From the NCBI GenBank assembly GCA_049521795.1, contig JBEKOM010000004.1, positions 1-64,000 on the forward strand: a stretch of DNA of 64,000 bases. The letters are read 5' to 3'. The position numbers were made by a program, and so were the translations under genes. The stretch is from Candidatus Bathyarchaeia archaeon (GTDB lineage: Archaea; Thermoproteota; Bathyarchaeia; Bathyarchaeales; Bathycorpusculaceae). Below, piece after piece: positions 10,031 to 19,359 of the stretch (position 1 is the stretch's first letter; each line of letters starts with the position of its first letter). Under the pieces are notes generated by a model. The model was given only the letters and a program-made list of their open reading frames with translations. It searched no databases and was not told the DNA's origin.

Positions 10031-11314
10031 CTAATGGCCCTCTTCGGCGACCGCTCTGACCTCTGGCAACGTGTAATTTCCATAGGGCATGGTCCACACC
10101 TTGGCATTCTTCCCAGCAACCGTCAAGGCTTGATTGAGGGCATCGTTTACGGCCCTTGCGGTCTTCAGTTTGAAAACCGTCGCAGCATAATAGTCTGGCA
10201 TTGAGGAAACGAGAATTATCTGAGCTTTCTGCAAAGCCTTCGTATAGTAGTAGGCCTTAGCTCCGCCCATGACAAAGTTGCGCTTGACTTCGCTCTCCAT
10301 GGCTTTCAAATCCTTGAACTTAACCATCCAATCGTAGAAATCCTGGTTTCCATGACCTTCTGGAAGTTCAGCGACCAAAACGATGACGCCGCCACGCTTA
10401 ACAGCTTCCAAAGCGTTGTCCACCGCCTTGTAGGCTTGGAAAAGGTTCAGGTCTGCAGGGTTCCCCCCAGGGCTGACGACAACAATGTCTGCCCGCCGGT
10501 CCATCTGCACACGGTACATCTCGTCGACAAGCTTAACGCCCTCCGAAAACACTTGATCGAGGTCTCCTGAAAAAGCCTTGACAAGCTCGTGCTTGCTATT
10601 GATTACAACGTTTAACGCAAAATCGACTCTGACCATCTTTGCAGCCTCAGCCATGTCCTCGCTGACTGGGTTCTCATTAAGTAAGCCAGTTTTCGCCCGA
10701 GCGTCCAAGAGCATGGCATGATTGTGCTTAATCGTTTCCTCACCAGAAATTCCCGGCAGGATACTTTTTCTACCACCGCCGTAGCCAGCAAAGTAGTGGA
10801 GACACACGTCTCCTGTCAAGATTCTGATATCTGCCTCGGCGAAAGTCCGGTTCAAGTACACCTTTGTTCCGTGTTTATGAGTTGTTCCCACGTGAACCAA
10901 GTCTTGAGCCTTGCAGTCGTGACTCACTGTCTTGACACGGGTGAGGACAGCTTCACCTAGGAGCTCGACCGCTTCTTCACGAGTAACAGGCCTGTGAGAC
11001 CCGCAGGCAAAAACAACCGTCACGTTCTCGGGCTTCACTCCCGCAGCATCCAGCTCATCAAGTATCGGTGGAACGATTAGGTAACTTGGAGCCGGCCTAG
11101 TCACATCGTCAACAACTATTGCCACTCGACTTTCGGGTTTAGCGATTTCAACGAGCCTCTTCGAACCAATAGGCTGTCTCAGTGCCCCCTCAACCTCAGC
11201 TCGAGCGTCCGATACACCAGGTTTCTCTCTCGGTTCTATGGAACCTAAAAAGTTCTGCGCCGCAATCCTCACGCAGACCATCGATTTTCCATAAGGCAGC
11301 CAAGCGTCAACCAT
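10031..11314 (-). CDS. larA: Nickel-pincer-dependent lactate racemase family protein
   Basis: DDVTRP, GSHR, HYFAGYGGGRKSILPG, NLFQAYKA, EGHG motifs. Confidence 0.9.
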   Translation of the reverse strand: MVDAWLPYGKSMVCVRIAAQNFLGSIEPREKPGVSDARAEVEGALRQPIGSKRLVEIAKPESRVAIVVDDVTRPAPSYLIVPPILDELDAAGVKPENVTVVFACGSHRPVTREEAVELLGEAVLTRVKTVSHDCKAQDLVHVGTTHKHGTKVYLNRTFAEADIRILTGDVCLHYFAGYGGGRKSILPGISGEETIKHNHAMLLDARAKTGLLNENPVSEDMAEAAKMVRVDFALNVVINSKHELVKAFSGDLDQVFSEGVKLVDEMYRVQMDRRADIVVVSPGGNPADLNLFQAYKAVDNALEAVKRGGVIVLVAELPEGHGNQDFYDWMVKFKDLKAMESEVKRNFVMGGAKAYYYTKALQKAQIILVSSMPDYYAATVFKLKTARAVNDALNQALTVAGKNAKVWTMPYGNYTLPEVRAVAEEGH

Positions 11315-11489
11315 GCAGCATCACTCGAATACTGAAAAACCTAGGCAGAAGCTATTAAGCCTTGTCAAGAACAAGAAAATTGCGGCAGGCCCATTCTCTC
11401 ATAGAAAGTCTGCGCGCAGGCGCCCCTCATGATTTGGCACTAGCATAGATTCTTAAGACTCAAACGTTGTAATTATCAGCTTTGAGGAA

Positions 11490-12188
11490 ATGAGAATGTC
11501 CATCTCGGAGAACCCGTCTAAGAGCGAGATCTTATTTGTGTGGTTTAACCGATACGCTGGGGTTACCGTTAAGACGCCTTCGAAGACGCTTGTCTTAGAC
11601 CCTGTTGATGTTAAGGCGCGAGACTTCAGGAATGTTGATGCAATCCTGGTTACCCACGAGCACTACGACCATCTGGACCAACCGCTGGTGGCAGAGATCC
11701 ATAAGCTGACGCAGTGCATGGTAGTCGCTGACCCCACATCTGCCAGAAGACTGCGAAACACAATCCCCCCAGAAAAGCTTCAAGAAGTGCAACCGGGCTC
11801 TGAAGTCAAGATTGGCGACGTCTCTGTGAAAGTTGAAAGAAGCAATCATCCTCCGGCGGCGACGCCAGTGTCTTTTGTAATTACAAGTGAGGATGGCGTG
11901 AAAGTTTTCCACACAGCGGACAGTCTGCCTTTTCCTGAGATGGTAGCAATCGGCGACAGAGAGAAGTTGGACCTAGTGTTCTGCACCGTGGGCATCGCGC
12001 CCGGTGCTTCACCTGCAAGCGGTGTTGACATCGTCAGGTTGACCAAGCCTAAAGTGGCAGCGCCCTACCACACCAGCTCAGTATCGGAGCAGAAGGAGTT
12101 CGCTGAGCTTCTGAAAAAGGAACTGCCGAAGACGACGTGCCTGATACCTGAGACGGGGAAGATCTACCAGGTTACTAAGAAGGTGTGA
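11490..12188 (+). CDS. MBL-fold metallo-hydrolase
   Basis: THEHYDH motif, FHTADS, PYH. Confidence 0.85.
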   Translation: MRMSISENPSKSEILFVWFNRYAGVTVKTPSKTLVLDPVDVKARDFRNVDAILVTHEHYDHLDQPLVAEIHKLTQCMVVADPTSARRLRNTIPPEKLQEVQPGSEVKIGDVSVKVERSNHPPAATPVSFVITSEDGVKVFHTADSLPFPEMVAIGDREKLDLVFCTVGIAPGASPASGVDIVRLTKPKVAAPYHTSSVSEQKEFAELLKKELPKTTCLIPETGKIYQVTKKV

Positions 12189-12192
12189 AACA

Positions 12193-12822
12193 TTGCCTAC
12201 TGAAAGAAAAAGCGAAGGCATGAAGGTTGAGATCAGCAAGGTTCTGGATAGGATAGGGGCCTTGAAGTTTGGCGCCTTCAAGCTCACAAGCGGAAAGATG
12301 AGCCCGTACTACATAGATCTCAGAATCATCCCGAGCTTTCCCGACGCATTTGAGAAAATCTGCGACTGCTTCGTGGAGTTCATAAGGAGCGAAATCGGAT
12401 TGGGCAATGTCGATAGGATAGCAGGTATACCGGTTGCGGGGATACCCTTTGCGTCAGTAGTTGCCTTCAACTTGAAGAAACCGTTTCTGTATGTTCGAAA
12501 AGGCGCGCGCTTTCACGGAAGAGAGAGGAGGATAGAAGGAATAATTGCTCCGGGAAACCGCGTTCTGTTGATGGACGACCTTGTAACAACCGGCTTGTCT
12601 TTACAGAAGGCGGAAAGGGCCATAATGGCAGAAGGGGGCGTGGTGACCGACGCTGTTGTGCTCATAGACAGGCAGGAAGGCGGAAGAGAAAAGCTTGCAA
12701 AGACCGGCGTGAAGCTTCATGCGCTACTCAACATCACTGAAATAGTCAGCACCCTGCACGAGCTGGGAACGATTGATCAGGATCAGCTGAAGACCATCTT
12801 GAAGCAGGTCAAGAAAGGATAG
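12193..12822 (+). CDS. pyrE: Orotate phosphoribosyltransferase
   Basis: FKLTSGKMSPYYIDLR, PRPP motif LMDDLVTTGLS. Confidence 0.95.
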   Translation: MPTERKSEGMKVEISKVLDRIGALKFGAFKLTSGKMSPYYIDLRIIPSFPDAFEKICDCFVEFIRSEIGLGNVDRIAGIPVAGIPFASVVAFNLKKPFLYVRKGARFHGRERRIEGIIAPGNRVLLMDDLVTTGLSLQKAERAIMAEGGVVTDAVVLIDRQEGGREKLAKTGVKLHALLNITEIVSTLHELGTIDQDQLKTILKQVKKG

Positions 12823-12858
12823 AGAAAGACAGATACATAGGTCAGAATGGAAAGAAGT

Positions 12859-13419
12859 CTATTCATAGAAAATTAGGGCTTGCTCCTCCAATGTTCCATG
12901 GAGCTTGTGCACAGCGTCATAAACATCCTGTTCTTTCTTCGCTCCAGTGCAGACAAGCTTCCCGCTTGCAAACAAAAGTATGACAACTTTAGGCTCGTCC
13001 ATCCTGTATATCAGGCCTGGAAACTGTTCCGGTTCGTACATCGTCTTTCCAAGAGTGTACGCAGCCTTCTCCAAGTCTATCATTCCTCCGAGGATTCCGG
13101 AAGCAACGATGTTCTGAATCTTCAACTCCGGCTTGCTGATGATGATTATTCCGCCCTTCTTCAACTCTTTAATCACTTTCATGACTGCCCTCCGCGATTC
13201 CTGTTCCGATTTTGCACCTGTGCAGACCATTTTCCCAGAGTGGAAGATCAGAGTAGCCGTCTTCGGCCTCTTGAGCCTGTACACTAGCCCGGGGAACTGT
13301 TCTGGACGGTACTCGACACCCGGATAACTCTTGACGACAGCGTTCAAGTCAACCTTCTGGTTCAGCGTGGCAGAAGCAACAACGTTCTCAATTTTTATTA
13401 TGGCCTTGCTCTTCGGCAT
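12859..13419 (-). CDS. tbp: TATA-box binding protein
   Basis: Two repeats of NxVAS / YxPEQFPGLxYR / F.SGK.VCTGAK. Confidence 0.99.
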   Translation of the reverse strand: MPKSKAIIKIENVVASATLNQKVDLNAVVKSYPGVEYRPEQFPGLVYRLKRPKTATLIFHSGKMVCTGAKSEQESRRAVMKVIKELKKGGIIIISKPELKIQNIVASGILGGMIDLEKAAYTLGKTMYEPEQFPGLIYRMDEPKVVILLFASGKLVCTGAKKEQDVYDAVHKLHGTLEEQALIFYE

Positions 13420-13547
13420 GGAAACCCACTCTTAGTACTGAAGTGCTTATATACCCTTTATAAAGCCTTAGGTAAATACAACTTCCTTGGAGGCAGGCAC
13501 TTTTCATCCTCTCCCCGAAAAGGTTGCCTCTGTCCCGTATTCGCGCG

Positions 13548-13703
13548 CTAGATGCCCGAGGTGTGGCTCGAAACTTCAATAGTAGCGCGCTGACAATGAA
13601 TGCGCAACGATTGAGACCACTTCTTTAAGCGTTTCTCCTTGTGCTTCTTTCTTCTCTCTTCCCTTTCCGTTTTTGTCATTGGTTTCTTCTTAGCACTTCC
13701 CAT
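13548..13703 (-). CDS. Possible small basic peptide (51 aa, MGSAKKKPMTKTEREERRKKHKEKRLKKW...)
   Basis: Translated by hand; below the ORF-track cutoff; highly Lys/Arg-rich N-terminal half. Confidence 0.35.
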   Translation of the reverse strand: MGSAKKKPMTKTEREERRKKHKEKRLKKWSQSLRIHCQRATIEVSSHTSGI

Positions 13704-13776
13704 GCTCAACAAAATCGTCTTTTCGAATAGTCAAAGTTGGAAGTTAAATCTGCGTACACAGAAGCGCGCGTAAGTG

Positions 13777-13808
13777 TTAATGTTCGAAAAGTAATGTTAA
13801 GTAATGTT
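13777..13808. repeat. Short phased repeats (G/T)TAATGTT x3 (reverse complement AACATTAC)
   Basis: ttaatgtt at 13777, gtaatgtt at 13791 and 13801. Confidence 0.6.
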
Positions 13809-13841
13809 GCTTCTGCTCTTCCTCATATTATATACAGAAAA

Positions 13842-14453
13842 TCAGTCTGTAACATCGTCTCCATGAAACTCGTCTTTGAAGAATGATTCGCGCTCATCTT
13901 GTTCAATGCTTTCAATTTCATCAGCGTTAGTTTCCATGAGTCTCTTCATCTTGCGGTCCTCAATTCGTTTTCGCAGTTCCTCGCGGGTCAAGTGTCGAGA
14001 CTGTGAGTTGGTGCCTGAGACACCGTCGAACCATTCGCCGCCTAAGTCCAGTTTTTGCTCAGAAATCATCACTCGTGAGTCAGCGTTTTCTCGATTAGTT
14101 TTTTCATGGTAATCGTCAACGTTCTTTGTGCCAACAAGATTGCCTTTGTCATCGTAGACTTCAATTGAACGAAGGCTTTGTTTTGGGTTTATTATGTAAA
14201 ATGACGTTTCGAAGCGGCAGTTTGGGCAATAGAACCGTATGTTGTTGAATTTCACGTCATGCCTAAGTCTGAAACTTTTGCCTGCGCATTGCGGGCAGCC
14301 GTCATTTGCACATTTAGCTAGTGCAGGATTGTTTACACTTGCCCATCTTAGGTATTGAGCTTCAAGGGAAGAATCATGTTCCAGATCCGCGAATTCTGTC
14401 CAATCATGTTTCCGTGGTCTGCCTCGATTCCTCGAAGTAGTCATTGTCATCAA
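13842..14453 (-). CDS. Hypothetical protein with AT-hook-like RGRPRK motif and CxxC...CxxC zinc ribbon
   Basis: RNRGRPRKH at the N-terminus; CPQC and CPNC; acidic C-terminus. Confidence 0.7.
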   Translation of the reverse strand: MMTMTTSRNRGRPRKHDWTEFADLEHDSSLEAQYLRWASVNNPALAKCANDGCPQCAGKSFRLRHDVKFNNIRFYCPNCRFETSFYIINPKQSLRSIEVYDDKGNLVGTKNVDDYHEKTNRENADSRVMISEQKLDLGGEWFDGVSGTNSQSRHLTREELRKRIEDRKMKRLMETNADEIESIEQDERESFFKDEFHGDDVTD

Positions 14454-14593
14454 CCCAGCCGAGCGCGCGCATCAGTTAGCACTTTGGCCAAATTGACAAT
14501 GGGGATTTTAAGAATATTAACTTTAGTGCAGATTGCGTGTGCGTCTTCGATGTTCGTATGTCATAATCATAGTGCAAACCGTGGTAGGTCCGC

Positions 14594-15163
14594 TTATCTG
14601 AGTCCCAACTTCTTGTTATGTTCCAACAAATCGATAGCCTCTTCAAGACGCCTCAAGCGGGTTTCCTCTCGTTTCGCACTGGAAATCCATCGAACGTAAA
14701 GCTTCCTGTAGCTCTCAGCCAACTTGTTGAAGTTCCCACCTGCTTTCTTGTTCTTGGTCAGTGCCTCTTCAATGAAAGCAGGTATCAGCAAGTTCTTGGG
14801 AACTACATGTGACTTGAACCATTCACCGCTCTTCTTCGCTTCGTCGACCTTTGCCATACCGGCCTCCGTCATTCTGCCTTCACTAATCATCTTTTCCGCG
14901 CGCTTTTTGTTGGACTCGGACCACCTGCTCCGACTTCTGCGTGGAAGGAACTTTCGAGCGCATCTCTCATCGTCAATTCGCTTGAGTACGCCGTCAATCC
15001 ATCCAAAACACAGGACTTCCTCAACCGAATCTTCATATGGAACAGTAGGTTTTCCAGCACACTTTTTGTAGTAGATCAACCAGACCTCTTTCTTTGTTGC
15101 ACAGTTGCTTTCGAGCCACGCTCGCCAAGCATTTCGATTAGAGAAATGCAGCTGTTCAACCAT
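14594..15163 (-). CDS. YdeI/OmpD-associated (bacteriocin-protection) family protein
   Basis: WRAWLE, LCFGWIDG, PRRSRSRWSESNK, WISSAKREETR; AGGTGAG SD before ATG 15163. Confidence 0.9.
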   Translation of the reverse strand: MVEQLHFSNRNAWRAWLESNCATKKEVWLIYYKKCAGKPTVPYEDSVEEVLCFGWIDGVLKRIDDERCARKFLPRRSRSRWSESNKKRAEKMISEGRMTEAGMAKVDEAKKSGEWFKSHVVPKNLLIPAFIEEALTKNKKAGGNFNKLAESYRKLYVRWISSAKREETRLRRLEEAIDLLEHNKKLGLR

Positions 15164-15249
15164 CTTCAACTCACCTATGTTCGTGTCCGTGACGAAGTTC
15201 GAGCGCAAGATCAAAACGCGAATACTGGGATTTGACGCAAGCTGGAATG

Positions 15250-15945
15250 TTACCCGGAGCCTGCAGGTTCAGGAGGTTTTTCGACTTGCTTGTCCTTCTC
15301 ATCTGCGGCCTTCTCATCTGCTGGTTTCTTGCCTGTGGCCGCTGGAATGGCGAATTCGATGATTATGAGGATTACGATGAGGACAAGGATTACAAGTATT
15401 CCGGTGGAGTTGCGCATGAAAAGGGCAACGTGTCCAACCCACGGAATCCGCATGACGACTTTGCCGATAACGTTCTCTACGGGGGTCGGCGAGTAGGGTC
15501 CAGGGACATCGTTTCCGTCACCCTGAGTTATGAACGACACGACCTGACCGTCACTTCCCAACACATAGCCTACAGCTCTGTGCACGATCAGATCGCTGCT
15601 TCCATCACCAGCGCGAAACACGAGGATGTCACCCGAGCGCCCGCTAGCGTTGTATGGCGCTGCGTAAATGTCTTGCGGATTCACTCCCTCAATGACGATC
15701 AGGTCTCCAGTGTGAAGCGTCGGCCCAAACGGGCGGGACCACCCATCATCAACCACGCCCTTAGGAAGGCTCATGCTTCCAGAAGCCACGGCGAGCATCG
15801 GGTACTGCGTGTCTAAGAAGAGGCGCGAGCCGTACCAAAATGCGAAGACGACCGAAACTATGAGGAAAATCATCATGGCCGTCTGGAAAGAATCGTCTCT
15901 CCACAAACGCCCAAGTTTTGACGTTGACAATGATTGACCTTCCAT
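15250..15945 (-). CDS. Signal peptidase I (archaeal/Sec11 type, S26B)
   Basis: TM then VASGSM (Ser), GDL, IVHR (His), TQGDGN, IPWVG, C-terminal TM. Confidence 0.92.
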   Translation of the reverse strand: MEGQSLSTSKLGRLWRDDSFQTAMMIFLIVSVVFAFWYGSRLFLDTQYPMLAVASGSMSLPKGVVDDGWSRPFGPTLHTGDLIVIEGVNPQDIYAAPYNASGRSGDILVFRAGDGSSDLIVHRAVGYVLGSDGQVVSFITQGDGNDVPGPYSPTPVENVIGKVVMRIPWVGHVALFMRNSTGILVILVLIVILIIIEFAIPAATGKKPADEKAADEKDKQVEKPPEPAGSG

Positions 15946-16052
15946 GGCTGAAGTTGTCTGTTGAACAAGAGCAGTGGAGCTTTAAAACTTAACGCTTTCG
16001 AAAAATGAAAAAGAGGGGAGGATGAGTGAAAGAGCCGTCAGAGTTTCTGGGT

Positions 16053-16223
16053 CTAAATCTTTTTCTTGTTCAGAACTTCTCTGAACACCTTGTGATCCTT
16101 TGGACATTCGAAGAGTCCGATCTCAAGCTGAATCCTTTTTCCTGCCTTGTCCGGGCGCCCAGCCATCGTCCATGTCTTCTTTGGTTTTGAAACTTCAGTT
16201 CCGCACTTAGGACATTTAGCCAT
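16053..16223 (-). CDS. Cren7-like chromatin protein with zinc-ribbon ligands (56 aa; missed by the ORF track)
   Basis: Hand translation MAKCPKCGTEVSKPKKTWTMAGRPDKAGKRIQLEIGLFECPKDHKVFREVLNKKKI; GGAGG SD 7 nt upstream; P.K.W...IGLF..P...K.FR matches Cren7. Confidence 0.85.
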   Translation of the reverse strand: MAKCPKCGTEVSKPKKTWTMAGRPDKAGKRIQLEIGLFECPKDHKVFREVLNKKKI

Positions 16224-16460
16224 TTAATTTCCTCCGATATGTTTCCGTATCCATGGTTTCTCATGATGATAGATAAATAACTTTCCATTGATCTCCGTCC
16301 AAGAAGCCCCTGTGCAACGAACATGCGTAAGCGCATGCTTTCGCAAACCGTCCCATCAAAACGGCGAACCATCCGTGATGAAAGCGATCCGAACAGGCCG
16401 TGCGACTCAAACGTTTTATTCTAGCTCGTTCTAGAATGTCAGCCTAAAGGTTGGAACAGC

Positions 16461-17879
16461 ATGGAACAGGACATCATTGACTACGCCTTAGAGTATGCAC
16501 AGAGCAAGAAGGTCCAGTACGCCGAAGTTAGAGGCCTGAGCCAAGCGCTGGACAGGATGGTACTAAGAAACGGAATCCTGGAAGCGTACGCTAAGGCTGT
16601 GGACAGCGGGTTCTGCGTGCGAATCATGGCAAACGGGGGAATTGGCTTCGCATCGACGAACAAGTGGTCAAAGGGCGAGACGAGAGACGTTGTAGACCTA
16701 GCCTTCAAATACGCGGGCGCTGCAAATCGAAAAGACAAGCTGTTCTTTGCCAAAGAGAAGGCGGTTAAGACAAGCTGGACTGCTGAACAAAAAAAGAAGA
16801 TCGAAAACGTTCCAACCGAAGAAAGAGTGACCACTCTCACCGAGGTCAACAAGGCTTTAGCGTCCTGCGGTGTCAAGATCGCAGCTGCAATGTCGCAGTG
16901 TTCGATAAGCCTGATAACCAAGTATTTCGTAAACTCGGAAGGATCGTGCATATCATCCGTCGTTCCGAAGATCGGCGCGTATTTTTTCATCGCAGTCGCA
17001 GAGAGTGGAAAGACTGAGCAGGCTTCGGAACAGTTCGGCTACAGCGGCGGATGGGAAGCTTTCGACGAGTGGAAGATCGCGGAAAAAATGGTTCACGACG
17101 CAAAAGTGCTCAGAACCGTCATAACGAAGGCGAAAGCCCTTAAACCTGAAAAGATGGACCTGGTCTGCGGCCCCGAAGTTACTGGAATAGCAGCGCATGA
17201 ATCCTGCGGCCACCCCATGGAGGCTGACAGAATCCTAGGCCGAGAAATGAGCCAAGCGGGAAGATCCTTCATCTACAAAGGCGGCCCATACTGGATCGGC
17301 ACAACTATCGGCAGCGACGCTGTCACGGTCGTTGATGACCCCACGGTCGAGAACAGTTACGGCTTTTACCTATATGATGATGAAGGAGTCAAGGCCAGAC
17401 GCAGGTCTCTGTACAAGAAAGGCGTCATAAACGAGTTCTTGCACAACAGAGAATCAGCCGCGAAGATGGGCACACGAAGCAACGGTTCTTCAAGATCCGA
17501 AAATTACGACCGAGAAGCCATAGTGCGAATGGCAAACACTTTCGTGCTTCCAGGCGAATTGACCGACGAGGAGCTGATTGAAGACGTCAAGTATGGCGTT
17601 TGCATGAAGTCCTTCACTGAATGGAACATCGATGACAAGCGGTTCAACCAACGCTACGTTGGCAGAGAAGCATACGTGATCGAAAACGGTGAATTGACCC
17701 GTCCTGTTGCGAGACCCGTTGTCGAAACCACTACGCAGAAGTTCTGGACTGCCGTCGACGGTGTTTCCAAGAAAGTTGAGTTTGACTCGGCCACATGCGG
17801 CAAGGGCGACCCTGAGCAGGGGGCAGAAGTGTACACAGGTGGCCCCTGGCTTAGACTTAGGGCGGTGTTCATGAAATGA
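16461..17879 (+). CDS. tldD: TldD family metalloprotease
   Basis: HESCGHPMEAD (HExxGH), DDEG, RMANT, CGKG. Confidence 0.93.
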   Translation: MEQDIIDYALEYAQSKKVQYAEVRGLSQALDRMVLRNGILEAYAKAVDSGFCVRIMANGGIGFASTNKWSKGETRDVVDLAFKYAGAANRKDKLFFAKEKAVKTSWTAEQKKKIENVPTEERVTTLTEVNKALASCGVKIAAAMSQCSISLITKYFVNSEGSCISSVVPKIGAYFFIAVAESGKTEQASEQFGYSGGWEAFDEWKIAEKMVHDAKVLRTVITKAKALKPEKMDLVCGPEVTGIAAHESCGHPMEADRILGREMSQAGRSFIYKGGPYWIGTTIGSDAVTVVDDPTVENSYGFYLYDDEGVKARRRSLYKKGVINEFLHNRESAAKMGTRSNGSSRSENYDREAIVRMANTFVLPGELTDEELIEDVKYGVCMKSFTEWNIDDKRFNQRYVGREAYVIENGELTRPVARPVVETTTQKFWTAVDGVSKKVEFDSATCGKGDPEQGAEVYTGGPWLRLRAVFMK

Positions 17880-19201
17880 TCGACGCAATGGGTAAGACGG
17901 AAGAGATAATCAAGAAAGCGAAAGCGCTAGGCGCTGACGAAGTTATCGCCAGTACAGTCTTTGGCAAGTACCGTCAGGTCCGATTCAGCAACAACCAAGT
18001 AGACATCACCGTTGCCTGGAACGATTATGCCACTGATGTGATCCTAGCCTGGAAGAAACGCGTGGTTGCAACACAGATACACGACTTCCGCGAATCCGAT
18101 GCCAGCCTCAGGCAGCTGATGAAGCTCGTGAAGGTTTCTGAAGGGAACCCAACCTTCGGAGGCTTCGCAAAAGGCACTTTTCGCTACGCGAAGAGCAGGG
18201 CCGACAAGAAGATTGCAAACCTGGAAAACTTGACGGATCACGTTTCTGCAGCGATAGAAGCAGCCAAGAAAGAAGCTGGATCAAAAGTCGAGAGCGGTGG
18301 CATCCTCTTTACAAAATTCGAGAACGTCTACCTCGCTTCTTCTGAAGGACCCACCGGCGTGGACACGAGATCAGCAGTTGAGCTTTCTATCAGGGCTTTT
18401 TCAGACAGAGAAGCCTCGGGGCACGGCGTTGAATGCAGCTCAACGCTGAGAGAGTTCGAACCTTCTAGGGCAGGGGCAAAGGCTGGCGAGATTGCCAAGA
18501 TGGCTAAGAACCCAAGTTTAGGCGATGAGGGCCTTTATGACGTTGTCTTTGACCCGTTGATTTTCGGTTCCCTGCTCGGAGTCTGGGCCAGAATGGCTTC
18601 AGCCTACTCGATAATGACACGGACATCCATATTCGTTGACAAGCTCGGCAAAAATGTAGCGCCAGAAAATGTGACGCTGAAGGATAACCCTGCCCCCTAC
18701 TCACTATCCAACAGGGTCTTCGACGACGAAGGCGTTCCAACAAGAGAAAACACTTTCATAGACCACGGCTCCTTCAAAACCTATCTTCATAACGCGTCCA
18801 CAGCGAAGATCTTCAAGACCGAAACAACTGGCAACGCGGGCCTGATTGCTCCAACTCCGTGGAATACGGAAATGGAACCTGGAGATGCGAGCAGAGAGGA
18901 GCTCCTCGAAGAAATGAAGAGAGGTCTTTACCTGACTAACACGTGGTACACGCGCTTCCAAAACTCCGCGAAGGGTGATTTCTCAACTATTCCCAGGGAC
19001 GGCATCTTCCTCGTGGAAAAGGGAGAGATTAAACGGTCACTTAAAGACCTGCGAATAAGCGATAACGCATTAGCCATGCTTGGCAACATCGCAGGTGTTT
19101 CAAAGGAGAGGCAACACGTCCACTGGTGGGAAGAAGCAGACCCACCGTCGCTAAGCCCCTACGTCCTGATGAAAAAAGTGCACATAACCAAGTCCAAGTA
19201 G
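17876..19201 (+). CDS. pmbA: TldE/PmbA family protein
   Basis: RFSNNQ, FDDEG, TGNAG, GDFSTIPRD; no HExxH; ATGA overlap with tldD. Confidence 0.9.
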   Translation: MIDAMGKTEEIIKKAKALGADEVIASTVFGKYRQVRFSNNQVDITVAWNDYATDVILAWKKRVVATQIHDFRESDASLRQLMKLVKVSEGNPTFGGFAKGTFRYAKSRADKKIANLENLTDHVSAAIEAAKKEAGSKVESGGILFTKFENVYLASSEGPTGVDTRSAVELSIRAFSDREASGHGVECSSTLREFEPSRAGAKAGEIAKMAKNPSLGDEGLYDVVFDPLIFGSLLGVWARMASAYSIMTRTSIFVDKLGKNVAPENVTLKDNPAPYSLSNRVFDDEGVPTRENTFIDHGSFKTYLHNASTAKIFKTETTGNAGLIAPTPWNTEMEPGDASREELLEEMKRGLYLTNTWYTRFQNSAKGDFSTIPRDGIFLVEKGEIKRSLKDLRISDNALAMLGNIAGVSKERQHVHWWEEADPPSLSPYVLMKKVHITKSK

Positions 19202-19359
19202 ACACTCGCAGTTTTCATTTCCATCTTGTCCAGAATGCCACGCCAGTTTGCACATGCTTGCAACATCAATCTTCTTGAATTCCCCCTTCGTACACTGTCC
19301 AAAATCCTTTTACCTGTGACTCCTTGCTTATTCCCTCTGGCGTTGGGGTTTAACCAGTC

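Noticed and set aside
16070-16372. 100-aa ORF in the track
   Set aside because: Overlaps, in another frame, the better-supported Cren7-like ORF with its strong SD
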